NCBI GenBank assembly: GCA_002269645.1
Contig: NIVC01000697.1
Coordinates: 210,196 to 274,195, forward strand
DNA length: 64,000 nt
Source: Macrostomum lignano
Lineage: Eukaryota
Reading direction: 5' to 3'
Positions 10,233 through 23,034 of the stretch are shown here, piece after piece. The notes under the pieces were generated by a model that did not search any database, was not told the DNA's origin, and saw only the letters and a list, made by a program, of their open reading frames with translations. A program made the position numbers and the translations under genes. Numbering within the stretch: position 1 is the first letter of the stretch; the number at the start of each line of letters is the position of its first letter.

Positions 10233-10859
10233 GTAGGTGTTCTTATTAGAACATTTTTGCCACTTAAATTCTCTCGAGGCGGCGCCAAGCCCACCTGGCA
10301 ACAGACAGTCCTTGGGCGCTTTGATTTGTCCGCTTTCTCTGGTTTTTGCATTCATTGTCTAGAAATTTTGCATTAAAGTTTGGCTAAAAACTCACTGATT
10401 TGAACGGAACAGTATAGCGAGATGTGCATGTTTTCGGGTGCAGTACAGTTTTTTTTTCAATATTACAATGCAAGAATTTGATAATATACGTTTTATTAAT
10501 AGTAATTATGTAATTATGTTTATTAACATACTAACTTATTTCCTATTGTGATTATCTATATCGCTTTTGCATGCGTATATTCAGACATGCTCCCGGCTTA
10601 CCTTTGCCTTTTAATGGGTTTAATTACGCACTAATTACAGTAATTTTTTTATTAAGTAGTATGTAAGGAACATTGACCCTATTTTGTAGTTTTTTCGCCA
10701 CAAATCAATTTAATTTCTAAATTAAATACGGCTGTGCCGCTTCTTACCTCTCTACTAAAAGTAGACCGTTTTGGTATTTTATTCTGTGCAATTTTTAATA
10801 ACGCGCGCGCAAATTAAAATGAAAATTTGCAGCCACCGCCAAACCTGCAGCTCAGGCGC

Positions 10860-10920
10860 GCAAAAAGATTCGAACCCGTGCCTCCACAATGGAAGCGGCC
10901 GACAGGCCTAGCAGTGAACT
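10860..10920 (-). mobile_element. Possible tRNA-derived SINE head fragment
   Basis: Minus strand has B-box-like GGGTTCGAATC after a stem-like segment; A box is poor. Confidence 0.3.
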
Positions 10921-11011
10921 GATTGGTTAGTCCTAATCCTGTTATGCCTCTTTGCTCCTGTCGGTTTTGTGTAGCAAGACTTTTATTTTAAGTGTCGCCT
11001 TTTACCGCCAG

Positions 11012-11190
11012 ATGGCCTCTTAGCCTCGGCTGATATCCAGTCTCCAGTTGATGGCGACTCGGCGGAGAGGCGAAACTCTCATCAGCATCAGCAGATGGAG
11101 CTGCGCGACCTGAATCAGGACAAGGGGCGGCGGGAGCGGCCTGAGCCGCCGCGGCAACAAAGCCCAGAGAGGGAGATTTCTGCAGAGTGA
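11012..11190 (+). CDS. PIP5K1: Candidate last coding exon of PIP5K
   Basis: ttttaccgccag acceptor; only the phase-1 frame is open (DGLLASADIQSP...ISAE*), stop TGA 11188-11190. Confidence 0.5.
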
Positions 11191-11299
11191 CTGGACAAAT
11201 GCGAGTCAGCTGGTGAGTTGCCGATTTCAGCACGTACGGCTTTATTTATTTATAACAGTTTGGAGTTCGAAGTCATAACTGAATCAGTCTGTCAAGGTC

Positions 11300-11835
11300 A
11301 AGGCTAGTGATGCAAACTCAAATAACAGATCTGGTCAAGGTCTCCAAGTGAGTCAAGTTCAACTAACACAAGTTCAAGGTCTCAAGTGATTCAAGGTCAA
11401 ATAACAGATAAGGTCAAGGTCTCAAGTGAGTCAAGGTCAAATAACAGATAAGGTCAAGGTCTCAAGTGAGTCAAGGTCAAATAACATATAAGGTCTAGGT
11501 CTCAAGTGAGTCAAGGTCAAATAACATATAAGGTCTAGGTCTCAAGTGAGTCAAGGTCAAATAACAGATAAGGTCAAGGTCTCAAGTGAGTCAAGGTCAA
11601 ATAGCAGATCGTTCCAAGGTCTCAAGTGAGTGAAGGTCAAATAACAGATAAGGTCAAGGTCTCAAGTGAGTCAAGGTCAAATAGCAGATCGTTCCAAGGT
11701 CTCAAGTGAGTGAAGGTCAATTAACATAAGGTCAAGGTCTCAAGTGACTCAATCTCAAATAACATCGGTTCAAGGTCTCAAGTGAGTCAAGGACAATTAA
11801 CTGATCAGGTCAAGGTCAAATGAGTCAAGGTCACG
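11300..11835. repeat. 40-bp minisatellite rich in AGGTCA
   Basis: Unit aaggtcaaggtctcaagtgagtcaaggtcaaataacagat. Confidence 0.95.
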
Positions 11836-12284
11836 GAAATTTTCAAGTTCAATGTTTTTTTTTAGCCAGCAGACAAGCTTTTAGGTGATTTCATCAACTT
11901 CAAAGTCGCAGCATCGACCAATTTCCAGCCTCCGATCTTCATCAAGAAGCCGCCGTTGTGTGACAGGATCAGCGACGCCCGAGTGTTTCTCAGTCTGGCC
12001 TGGTGTCAGCGCCAAAAATAGAACAAATTTACACTTATACAGTCAATAGTTCGCGTTGATAAGCGCGGATTTTAATTGTTCTGCCAACAACGCGATGCAA
12101 TTATTATTTATTCATTGTTTGTTTGATTATATTTTTTCAGCTTGTATTTGTAACAACGATTCTGTCTTACTGTTAATAACCTGTTAACAAAAACTTTTCC
12201 ATCCGGGTTTCAATTAAGTTTTTATTCTTAATTTTTAGTTGGGTTTGATTATATTATAGTAAAGGTCGACGTACTGATTTTAGC

Positions 12285-12780
12285 TCTAGATTAGATATAC
12301 CCAATTGTTAGTTCATAGATCTAGATTAGATATACCTAATTGTTAGTTCATAGATCTAGATTAGATATACCTAATTGTTAGTTCATAGATCTAGATTAGA
12401 TATACCTAATTGTTAGTTCATAGATCTAGATTAGATATACCTAATTGTTAGTTCATAGATCTAGATTAGATATACCTAATTGTTAGTTCATAGATCTAGA
12501 TTAGATATACCTAATTGTTAGTTTACAGATCTAGACTATATATACCTAATTGTTAGTTTACAGATCTTGACTAGATATACCTAATTGTTAGTTTACAGAT
12601 CTTGACTGGATATACCTAATTGGTGTTTTATATATCTAGATTGGATATACATAATTGGTGTTTTATATATCTAGATTGGATATACATAATTGGTGTTTTA
12701 TATATCTAGATTGGATATACATAATTAGTTGGTTTATTTAGGTATCTGATAGCTATAGATCAACGTATTAGATTAGATAG
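12285..12780. repeat. 35-bp AT-rich minisatellite
   Basis: Unit gatctagattagatatacctaattgttagttcata. Confidence 0.95.
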
Positions 12781-12945
12781 ATCCTGAAGCCTGAACCCTG
12801 AACTCTAGCAGAATATAAAATTAACCTGTCAGTTCCTGTTAAAACCGGCTGCCAAAACCATCCCTCTGTAGTCCTTCTATCCAACGTTTTTTCACTGCAC
12901 CTGTTAATCTTTCTCATCTCATTTGAGAGGCAGGGAAAGGCCTAA

Positions 12946-13669
12946 TATAGTATTTGTCATGCTGTCTCAGCCTGGAGACATCCAAACTCAGCCAGCCCAT
13001 CTCGACAGTGCGATTTTTTACGTAAGCCAGTCAAGTTTTACCATAGACATGCTTCTTAAGGCCATGCTATCTCAGCCTGGGACATGCAATCTCAGCCACT
13101 TTTCAGATGCTATGTCAAGCTGTCTGTGGCTTAGTCTGTGATCGAAGCAAATCTCGATCAAGCTGCAGCTAGCTGACCCTGCACTGGTGGAGGAGGAGGC
13201 TGGTGGCCGACCCGATGGGGTCACCTGCGAAGCTTGGCGCCTCATTCTCTTGGAGCGAGTGGGCCGAGTCGCGCTAGATGCTGTGACGCCGCTAAAGGTG
13301 GCCAGATGGGAGATTCACTGCAATCGGAACTTCCCGCAGTGTATCGCAGAGCAGCCTTTCAACTAGGCTGAGCACTGAGCGTCTTACTGACTTTGTCCGT
13401 TGTTGCGTACCCTTACTGACTTTTCTTGCTGCGTTCATTCATTGCTGTTTTTTGCCATTTCATGTCACGTTACAGAAATGATAGCATTGAGATCTGTTTG
13501 CAATTGAAATCTATATTGGCTGAGATTGCATGTCCCAGGCTGAGATAGCATGGCCTTAAGAAGCATGTCTATGGTAAAAGTCGACTAGCTCGAGCCAAAA
13601 AACGCATTGCGGAACGGGACTGGCTGAGTTTGGATGTCTCTGGGCTGAGATGGCATGACAAATACTATA
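12946..13669. mobile_element. MITE/foldback element with ~155-bp inverted arms
   Basis: tatagtatttgtcatgc...atctcagcca (12946-13099) is the reverse complement of tggctgagat...gcatgacaaatactata (13517-13669); terminal TA could be a TSD. Confidence 0.85.
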
Positions 13670-14117
13670 GTAATTGAAGCAGAATGAAACTTAATCATTA
13701 ATAATAAATTTCATATTTTTCAATAATCCAAATCCGGTAAATTTTGCTTTCAATGCAGGTTGCAGATTGCTTATGTATATATATATATATATATATATAG
13801 ATTTCCGCCATATATCGCTGGATTCAAGGTATTTTTTCCTGACTATTCAATTGTTTGTTTCATTTCGCAGCTGCTCTGACGATTAAGTCTAAGAAGCTGA
13901 TTTATAATAATTAATCAATTTGTTTTTTATGGTGGCCAAGAAATCATTGGAGATTAAGTTGCTTCTCAACCTAATTGTACTTCAACTGGCTTCGCCATTA
14001 GCAGATCTACCGTGTTTTATAAGCAGAATTAATCTGAAAATTGATTGAATCTCGGATTGGATCCTAATGATCCATTGTCTACTGTGAAGATTAGATCGAT
14101 CAAGCTATCTATCTAAC

Positions 14118-14815
14118 ATTAACATTAAGCCTGTCTATCATGGAGATTAGATCAATCTTCTGATTTACCGTGGAGATTAGATCAATGTGCTGATTTACCG
14201 TGGAGATTAGATCAATCTGCTGATTTACCATGGAGATTAGATTAATCTGCTGATTTACCATGGAGATTAGATCAATCTGCTGATTTACCATGGAGATTAG
14301 ATTAATCTGCTGATTTACCATGGAGATTAGATCAATCTGCTGATTCACCGTGGAGATTAGATCAATCTGCTGATTTACCATGGAGATTAGATCAATCTGC
14401 TGATTTACCATGGAGATTAGATCAATCTGCTGATTTACCATGGAGATTAGATCAATCTGCTGATTCACCGTGGAGATTAGATCAATCTGCTGATTTACCA
14501 TGGAGATTAGATCAATCTGCTGATTTACCATGGAGATTAGATCAATCTGCTGATTCACCGTGGAGATTAGATCAATCTGCTGATTTACCATGGAGATTAG
14601 ATCAATCTGCTGATTTACCATGGAGATTAGATCAATCTGCTGATTCACCGTGGAGATTAGATCAATCTGCTGATTTACCATGGAGATTAGATCAATCTGC
14701 TGATTTACCATGGAGATTAGATCAATCTGCTGATTTACCATGGAGATTAGATCAATCTGCTGATTTACCATGGAGATTAGATCAATCTGCTGATTTACCG
14801 TGGAGATTAGATCAT
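14118..14815. repeat. 30-bp minisatellite, ~23 copies
   Basis: Unit ccatggagattagatcaatctgctgattta. Confidence 0.95.
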
Positions 14816-15834
14816 TTTCAGATCTAGTAAATGAATCTATTGAATAGTAAGCCAATAACTAATTGGATTGTTCGCGCTATACGGAACAAGTTTTTGTTAT
14901 TATTATTAAACAGGAAATTCGCATTCCTAATTTTGTTTTCTATCTGTTTTGCTGCACTTAATTATACGGCAGTTTATTCAGGTGGCCTAAACGAAGTTCA
15001 GAAATTTGTCAGAAGCCTATGTGCTTTTAAACTACTAGTTTCAAATCAGTAGTATCGTCTTTGAAAGTTACAGTATTCCTGCACAGATGGCAGTTATTGT
15101 GGCGTTATTGTCTCTTAATAGTTTATCCAATATTAACCACTACTTTGCAGAAAATAGTAGCCATTTTCTTTACATGCTACTGAAAAAAAATGTAGAGCTG
15201 GGAAATAGTGGGATATTTATTTATAGAAATCCACTCGGTTTCTGTCAGGAATGGCCCAGGCAACAGGGGGTTGAGCTTGTTAGTTAATTAATTTCAAAGT
15301 TCGCCATCAATTTCGGCCACAATTAGTCACGAATTTCTGGTCCGCTCTTGCAAATCACGATTTTGCTTATACTTTTGTAGTACCTAAATTTGATTGCACT
15401 GCGCCAGCGCTGTGTACAAGGCCGTAACTAGTCCATTCCAGATGTGTTCTATCATTTTTTGTTCAATTGTTCAACATCGATAAATTGAAGTGTAACACGA
15501 AAGCAATGAAAAAGTATTTTTTGGATGTAAATATTGTTGCCGTTTTTAATTAATATTATTATTTATGCACTAGCGGTAACTTTCAAGAAATCAGGTTCAG
15601 CTCTGTGAAAAATAAATATTAATAAATTTGTATTGACCTGTTTTAATAATTAAATCCTTCTGATCTTTATCTACTGTCGGTTTTTTTCAAGACTTGAGAT
15701 TTTCGGTTTACTACTTCATGGCATGACATTCTTGATGACCCCCTGGAAGCTTATAAATCCTCTATCTGTCACATTCTAAGGCCTGTGAGATTTCAAGGCA
15801 TTAGATTCACTGCCTTTAATGATATTTCCTGGTA

Positions 15835-16425
15835 TATGTGATTCGTGAAATGAGATTCTTCGGTCTTGATTAGATTTCGTGAGATAAAGTTCTTCGGTCT
15901 CGATGAAATTTCGGGAGATGAGATTCTTCGGTTTTGGTGAGATTTCATGAGACGAGATTCTTCGGTTTTGGTGAGATTTCGTGAGACGATATTCTTCGGT
16001 TTTGGTGAGATTTCGTGAGATAAGATTCTTCGGTCTTGTTGAGATTTCGTGAGATAAGATTCTTCGGTCTTGATGAGATTTCGTGAGACGAGATTCTTCG
16101 GTCTTGGTGAGATTTCGTGAGATGAGATTCTTCGGTCTTGGTGAGATTTCGTTAGATAAGATTCTTCGGTCTCGATGAAATTTCGTGAGATAAGATTCTT
16201 CGGTCTTGGTGAGATTTCGTGAGATAAGATTCTTCGGTCTTGGTGAGATTTCGTTAGATAAGATTCTTCGGTCTCGATGAAATTTCGTGAGATAAGATTC
16301 TTCGGTCTTGGTGAGATTTCGTGAGATAAGATTCTTCGGTGTTGGTGAGATTTTTTGAGATAAGATTCTTCGGTCTTGGTGAGATTTTGTGAGATGAGAT
16401 TCCTCGGTCTCGATGAGATTTCGTG
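15835..16425. repeat. 34-bp minisatellite
   Basis: Unit gagatttcgtgagataagattcttcggtcttggt. Confidence 0.95.
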
Positions 16426-17059
16426 GTATTAGATCCTTTGAAGGCTATTGCTGTGCCACTGCGTGGGCGGTTCGTCAGAGCTTCAGAACTTGAGGAGCTT
16501 AGCGCGATATTCCCATGGTAGACTTTGTACTCAGTAAGTCCTACGGCTTCTTTTTGCAACAACATACGCTCCTATGATTGCTGGAGTTTATCCCGAGTAA
16601 TAGGGCACGGACAGTTCTATGGGTCACTGGTCGGATCCGGCAGCAGCCCCGACAGTTCAATCAGCCTTGCGTCAAGGATGTCACGGAAGTGTTAGCTGTT
16701 CTTCGTTAAGTCCATATATGCATTTATCGTGCCTACTGCGGAATCGCCTAATGGCAACTGTTGCTCAATCGTCTTTCAGCGCCTGTTGCTTCACTACACA
16801 ACGGGCCGCGGGACAGATACATGTAAATCCGAAGTTTGCTTGAAAATAGTGAAGTACATTTGTACTTATAAAGCTACACAATTTCTTTTTCCCGGAACGA
16901 GGGGAGTAAGAAAAATAAAGTACCACCGATTCGGGGGAAACGGGCATTAGGAAGTTGTGTTTTTTTAGATTATGTCAATTGATGGATTGATAAAGTGACA
17001 AAGGAACAAATTTTGGATAGAACAGTGGACTTACTAGTGAATTATTATTGTCTCTTGCT

Positions 17060-17423
17060 GTTTATTATTTATTAGAGGCAGGGGGGTTGTGTGCACCCTG
17101 GCGCACTTTAAGCGACATAGGCACACAACCGGCGAGAGGCATTACTGCCCATTCCGCCGACTCCCCTGAGCAGGCATACAAGCGCGCGGATACGTACGCA
17201 GGCACACACTCACACAGGAGTATACAGCGGCCCTAGCTTTATTTATCGTTAGGCATGTACACTTCACTGCGCCTTGGGGGGTTGGCTCTCAAGGCCGTTA
17301 ATTACACGAGCAGAGCCAAGCCGAGATTCCAATTCAGCCCTAAATTAATGTGACTGCACTTGGAATCGAGCCTGGGTCGCTGGCACACCAGAGCAGCTGC
17401 GCTACCGCTGGGCTACGGCTCCC
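17060..17423 (-). mobile_element. tRNA-derived SINE, copy 1
   Basis: Minus strand starts GGGAGCCGTAGCCCAGCGGTAG (A box)...GGCTCGATTCC (B box) and ends ...gtcgcttaaagtgcgccagggtgcacac...aataaataataaa; homologous to 41592-41964. Confidence 0.85.
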
Positions 17424-17451
17424 TTGTCTCTTGCAGAGGGTTGAGATTCTT

Positions 17452-17675
17452 ATCTACCGACAGTCTCGTACCAACGGTTTAAGGTTCTCTACCGACAGTC
17501 TCCTACCAACGGTTTAAGGTTCTCTACCGACAGTCTCCTACCAACGGTTTAAGGTTCTCTACCGACAGTCTCCTACCAACGGTTTAAGGTTCTCTACCGA
17601 CAGTCCCCTACCAACGGTTTAAGGTTCTCTACCGGCAGTCTCCTACCAACGGTTTAAGGTTCTCTACCAACAGTC
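17452..17675. repeat. 35-bp minisatellite
   Basis: Unit ctctaccgacagtctcctaccaacggtttaaggtt. Confidence 0.95.
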
Positions 17676-18680
17676 TTGTATGGTCTCGTATGCTCTAAAT
17701 CTACAGCATAATCTTATTTGGCGCTTACAGTACCTCTTATGAGCTTTGGTTTCTGAGTTTTTTGGTGGTAAAAATGTTCCGAAAGCGAGGGTCAGCCATG
17801 CAAAAAAGTTTTGCGTTAAAATTTTTCGAATTTCTTAATTGAAACGTTTTTTCCTTTTTTCGTGTGACAGCTGCGCACTTTAACAAACATAACCGGGCAT
17901 CTGGGCAGACGCGACAGGCAAGAGGAGAACTAGCTCCCGTTTATTGTCACAATTCTTTCGAATTCTCGCCCACCGAAAAAGGGACGAAAAGCCAACTAAC
18001 TGGCTGGCTGACATTGAGCGGGTGATTGAGAGTCTTCGAGCGACAGAAAATGCCGCCGCGCCTTTGACAAACGCAAACCCGGATAGCCCACTGTGCCACT
18101 GAGCCGCGCCTGCGTTTGGATAAGCGAAAGCAGCTGTTCCGCTTAGCGCAGGATTTTGGGAAGAAGATTCTCTTCAGACTGAAAGGGTGGACTGCCGGTC
18201 TACGGTTTCGGGTTCGGTCAGATCCAGAGATTTCGCGGCCCCGAACGGAGTAGGGAAGATGTGGGCCGATCGCCTTGTTGTCGGGGCGCAGGATGAGGCT
18301 GGAATTCTGGAACCCCATCACCCCCCTCCCTCCGCGCGCTCGCGTCAGGTCGCCAGCTGACGGCCGGCCGCGCCGCTGATGCAGCTGCAAATTTTGACAG
18401 GCGCGGGTGGCCACCTACGCTATACGCTAACGCTAAGTTGTTGTTTCGCTGGCTGCAGGCGCACACTTGTCTTGCCGGACTATCTCTAACTTGCCATCAG
18501 TGCTGCTTGGCAGCTGGCCCACAATCCCTATTGGTTGAGAGCGCCTTCGGCTAGTCTTAGCATCTTCTAAAACTGTAGCTGGCGATAGTTCTAGCAGGCT
18601 TGTCGCGCTGATATCCGAGTTGCCTTTCTCTTGCCTGTCTCGTGTGAGCAATTGGGACAGAGCTACAACTGGTAACCGGC

Positions 18681-18829
18681 ATGCACAGCCTCATCAAGGA
18701 GGCCGTGCGATCGCAGCAGCGCGGAGGCGGAGACGACTCCTGCTGCGGCGACGACTCCTGCGAATCCGGCTCGGCTGGGACGCTGGGCGCGGCGGCTGCT
18801 TCTAATAATGGCAGGAATCTATTTGAGGA
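18681..18829 (+). CDS. Candidate first coding exon of an unidentified gene
   Basis: ATG at 18681, GC-rich open frame MHSLIKEAVRSQQRGGGDDSCCGDDSCESG..., GTGAGT donor at 18830. Confidence 0.4.
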
Positions 18830-19123
18830 GTGAGTCGGTTTTATCTGGTTGCTAGGGCTGTGGCATTGCCTTTCCATAGACAGGCTTACGTGTGCTTAGA
18901 GATTTCACTTGCCGGAAATTTTGTGTTCAAAGGGCGAGTTGAGTCTGCACTTATAAACCTCACATCGGCTTCAGAAGTTCTCATCAAAATTTTAAAAGGA
19001 AAACCTAAAGCACCCATGATGCAAGTTTCAATTATAAAAAATATTATGATTTCTTGGAACTTAATTATTCACACTTCTTTGTATCTAAAAATACACTTTT
19101 TTAAACCCTGCATTTCAGTTACA

Positions 19124-19473
19124 CCCTCCCTCGGATCCTTTAGTGAGTCGCCGCTACCCTCCCTCAGGTCCTTTAGCGAGCCGCCGCTACCCTCCCTCAG
19201 GTCCTTTAGCGAGCCGCCGCTACCCTCCCTCAGGTCCTTTAGCGAGCCGCCGCTACCCTCCCTCAGGTCCTTTAGCGAGCCGCCGCTACCCTCCCTCAGG
19301 TCCTTTAGCGAGCCGCCGCTACCCTCCCTCAGGTCCTTTAGCGAGCCGCCGCTACCCTCCCTCAGGTCCTTTAGCGAGCCGCCGCTACCCTCCCTCAGGT
19401 CCTTTAGCGAGCCGCCGCTACCCTCCCTCAGGTCCTTTAGCGAGCCGCCGCTACCCTCCCTCAGGTCCTTTAG
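19124..19473. repeat. 33-bp GC-rich minisatellite, ~10 near-perfect copies
   Basis: Unit ccctccctcaggtcctttagcgagccgccgcta. Confidence 0.95.
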
Positions 19474-20060
19474 CCTTACCCTTACCACATTCAAACAGAT
19501 TATACGGCGTAATTCATATAAAACGATTGACTATAAGTATGCTCTGGTCAGCTGACTTTCAACTCTGTCTAATCTAAATTTTATTACATGTATGCAAATT
19601 ACGATACCGAAACACCGCATTGGTCCCAAAATTACGCCGAAATGTCACAAAAATCTTTTTTTAAGGCTGTTTCCAGGACGCAGGTAACAGTGCAGTACTG
19701 TTTTATTGTTTATGTCTAGGTTGTAAACCTTAAGCCGCAGTACTAATAGATCCCGGTGTGTTACATTAAGATTTCGAGCCGAGAGTGTATCTATCCAGTT
19801 TCCCAATTCCCATATTGTTGCTATCTGCATGCTAATCATGGCTAGAGAGGACCAAACATCGATATTAAATCTGCATTGATGGCACAGTCTGGACTGTGCT
19901 GTATTGAATTTAGGCGTTGTACCCTCATGTAGGCGTCCTACTGTGTTGTTTCTCCTGTGCATGAGTTGTCCCGAAAGTTCCCGTTTAGCTTTCAGTAGCC
20001 ATTTTGTTGTCGCTATAGATGTCACTCTGATGCTTCCATATTGATAAGCCACTGGTTCCT

Positions 20061-20215
20061 GACTGTTGGCTGTCACAGTTCAACTGTCAGCGACTGTTGG
20101 CTGTCACAATTCGACTGTCAGCGACTGTTGGCTGTCACAGTTCAACTGTCAGCTGTCACAATTCGACTGTCAGCGACTGTTGGCTGTCACAATTCGACTG
20201 TCAGCGAATGTTGAC
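20061..20215. repeat. ~31-bp short tandem array
   Basis: Unit gactgttggctgtcacaattcgactgtcagc. Confidence 0.85.
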
Positions 20216-21728
20216 TGCCGACGGTTTAGTATTAGGATTAGTGTTGGGTTATTGTTGGGGTATGGAATCAATTTGTGGCTATCGTTGTACACCCTGTGTG
20301 AGCGCGCGTGTGCCAGTCTATTGCCCCAAATTGCGACACATCTGCCTATAGTTTTGTCTTCTTATTGTCTTTTGTCTTTGCTCAATTGTTGTATTCGTAT
20401 TAGTACTCCAGTGTAACTTTAGCTGATTATATAATACTTATTATGGTATTTCGATTGGTTATTCGCAATTGGTTAAGCTGAATTGGTCGCGGTTAGTACG
20501 CAGGTAGCAATTGGCGGCACATGTAACCAGGTTGTGCTGGTCAGGTGTGTATCTGTTTATTATTAATTGTTATCATAGCAATAAAAATAGAAGTTTTCAT
20601 ACTTGGTGGTGAGCGGGCCATCCACTGCCCCAATCGCATATCGATCGCTTCTCGATCGATCGATACGCTTTTGTTTCGTATTTCTTTACTCCCCATCTCC
20701 CTATTTTCCCCTCAGCGTTCCGTGTTCCCAGTCCCTCCCCGCGGTTCTCCCAGCAGTTTGCAAGCGTATCGGTTTCGCTGCTCAAGGCTCCGCGCAGGCT
20801 CTAAGGGGGCAGAGGTGCTTCTTGAATAATGGAGCAGCTACCAAACACTGCGGCCTAAGTCATGGACTTCTAGATAGAGCATCTGGATAGAGAAACTGAC
20901 TCTAGGACACAACCTATTAATCGCTCTAGACTGCTATACTCAAAACTTTGTGCCTTAAAAAAGCTGCCACCTGACAGGCCATTCCACCTTATTGGACTCG
21001 AAATTTGCTGTAGTAAGATTTTCATTTCCAGTTGATGGGTTTTTTAGCCCGGCAGTTTCCGATCCAGATAGCTGCTTCCAGAGCTGCCAGGCTTGGCCGA
21101 AGTCCCTTTCGACCGGCCGAGACCAGCTGTTAATTATTCACACCAGTCCCTCCCCTTCGCCAGCTTTATCCCCCCAATAGTTGCTCCAAATCTGAGCAAC
21201 GAGCCGCCTTCTCTCTCTTCCGCCTGCTCAATAAAAACTTTCCCCAATATCTGAGTGCGCTGAGCACGGGGAGCTTAGATGGCTAAGATATTTTTGACAT
21301 CATCGCGAAATTTCAGCTTTACTCCAGCATGCATATTTTGTCTCAGTAGAGCTCTGTTCATGAGTACTAGCCTTCGATCATTTATCACTGGGCTGCGGTT
21401 GGAACGGCGGCAGCTTCATTCATTTTAATGGCTTTTCGCACGTCTTCATCGTGTGAAGGAATTGCGAAAGGCTCTGCATTGATAAATTTGTCTTTTTGCC
21501 CGTCTGCGAAGTTCATCTAAGCAGCTAAGAGGTTGCAAACCCGTCAAGATTTCCCATTACACCTAAATCAAACAGCTCATTCATCCAGGTACTGCGTAGC
21601 TATAGATTGACAAAAAACTTTGGTTAGAGTAATAATCTAGCGTTTAGTAAACTACACTTAAAGCTGGTTTCAAAAACAGACTAATAGAGATTACAATTTT
21701 GTATTTACACACTCCATCAGGCAGAACA

Positions 21729-22617
21729 GGAACCATTGCGCACAGCGTCAGATAGAGCGGCAACCATTGCACACAGCATCAGATAGAGTGGCAACCATTG
21801 CGCACAGCGTCAGATAGAGCGGCAACCATTGCACACAGCATCAGATAGAGCGGCAACCATTGCACACAGCGTCAGATAGAGCGGCAACCATTGCACACAG
21901 CATCAGATAGAGTGGCAACCATTGCACACAGCATCAGATAGAGCGGCAACCATTGCACACAGCATCAGATAGAGCGGCAACCATTGCACACAGCGTCAGA
22001 TAGAGCGGCAACCATTGCACACAGCATCAGATAGAGCGGCAACCATTGCACACAGCATCAGATAGAGCGGCAACCATTGCACACAGCATCAGATAGAGCG
22101 GCAACCATTGCACACAGCATCAGATAGAGTGGCAACCATTGCACACAGCATCAGATAGAGCGGCAACTATTGCACACAGCATCAGATAGAGTGGCAACCA
22201 TTGCACACAGCATCAGATAGAGCGGCAACCATTGCACACAGCATCAGATAGAGCGGCAACCATTGCACACAGCGTCAGATAGAGTGGCAACCATTGCACA
22301 CAGCGTCAGATAGAGCGGCAACCATTGCACACAGCATCAGATAGAGCGGCAACCATTGCACACAGCATCAGATAGAGCGGCAACCATTGCACACAGCATC
22401 AGATAGAGTGGCAACCATTGCACACAGCATCAGATAGTAGAGCGGCAACCATTGCACACAGCATCAGATAGTAGAGCGGCAACCATTGCACACAGCATCA
22501 GATAGTAGAGCGGCAACCATTGCACACAGCATCAGATAGAGCGGCAACCATTGCACACAGCATCAGATAGAGCGGCAACCATTGCACACAGCATCAGATA
22601 GAGCGGCAACCATTGCT
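21729..22617. repeat. 31-bp minisatellite, ~28 copies
   Basis: Unit ggcaaccattgcacacagcatcagatagagc. Confidence 0.95.
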
Positions 22618-23034
22618 AAAAACTCCAGAATAAATATGCTTTAAGGCAAGTGACAAAAAGGTAAAACAACAACACGCTTCTTGAGAACAAAGGAATTTTC
22701 TCAACTGGATTTATCATTCATGCTCACAACCGGGAATTCAGCATCCTCCAGAGTTTTTTATCCTGCTTTATCTCCATCCATTCCAATTCTCCCATTCTAT
22801 AGCCCTTAAAGCGAGCGCTTCCTTGGCAAAAAATGTTGAGCAAAAAAAATAACAGCGAACGGATGCATGACGTGCCGTGCATGGTAAGAAACTGTTTTGC
22901 CCGAAACATGCATTCTGATTCTACAGCTGTCTTGAGCAGCACGCAATATGCTTTGTAGTCAGGCCTGAGTCAAATTAAACTAACTCTGATAAGCTAGGAG
23001 TGAGGCGGCCTGCATTGATAATTATAATAATTGC

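Noticed and set aside
14109-14855. 248-aa ORF of MVNQQIDLIS repeats
   Set aside because: Translation of a 30-bp minisatellite whose period is a multiple of 3; no splice or homology support.
17350-17423. tRNA gene
   Set aside because: A/B boxes are present but there is no full cloverleaf or acceptor stem, and it continues into a conserved ~290-bp body: a SINE head.
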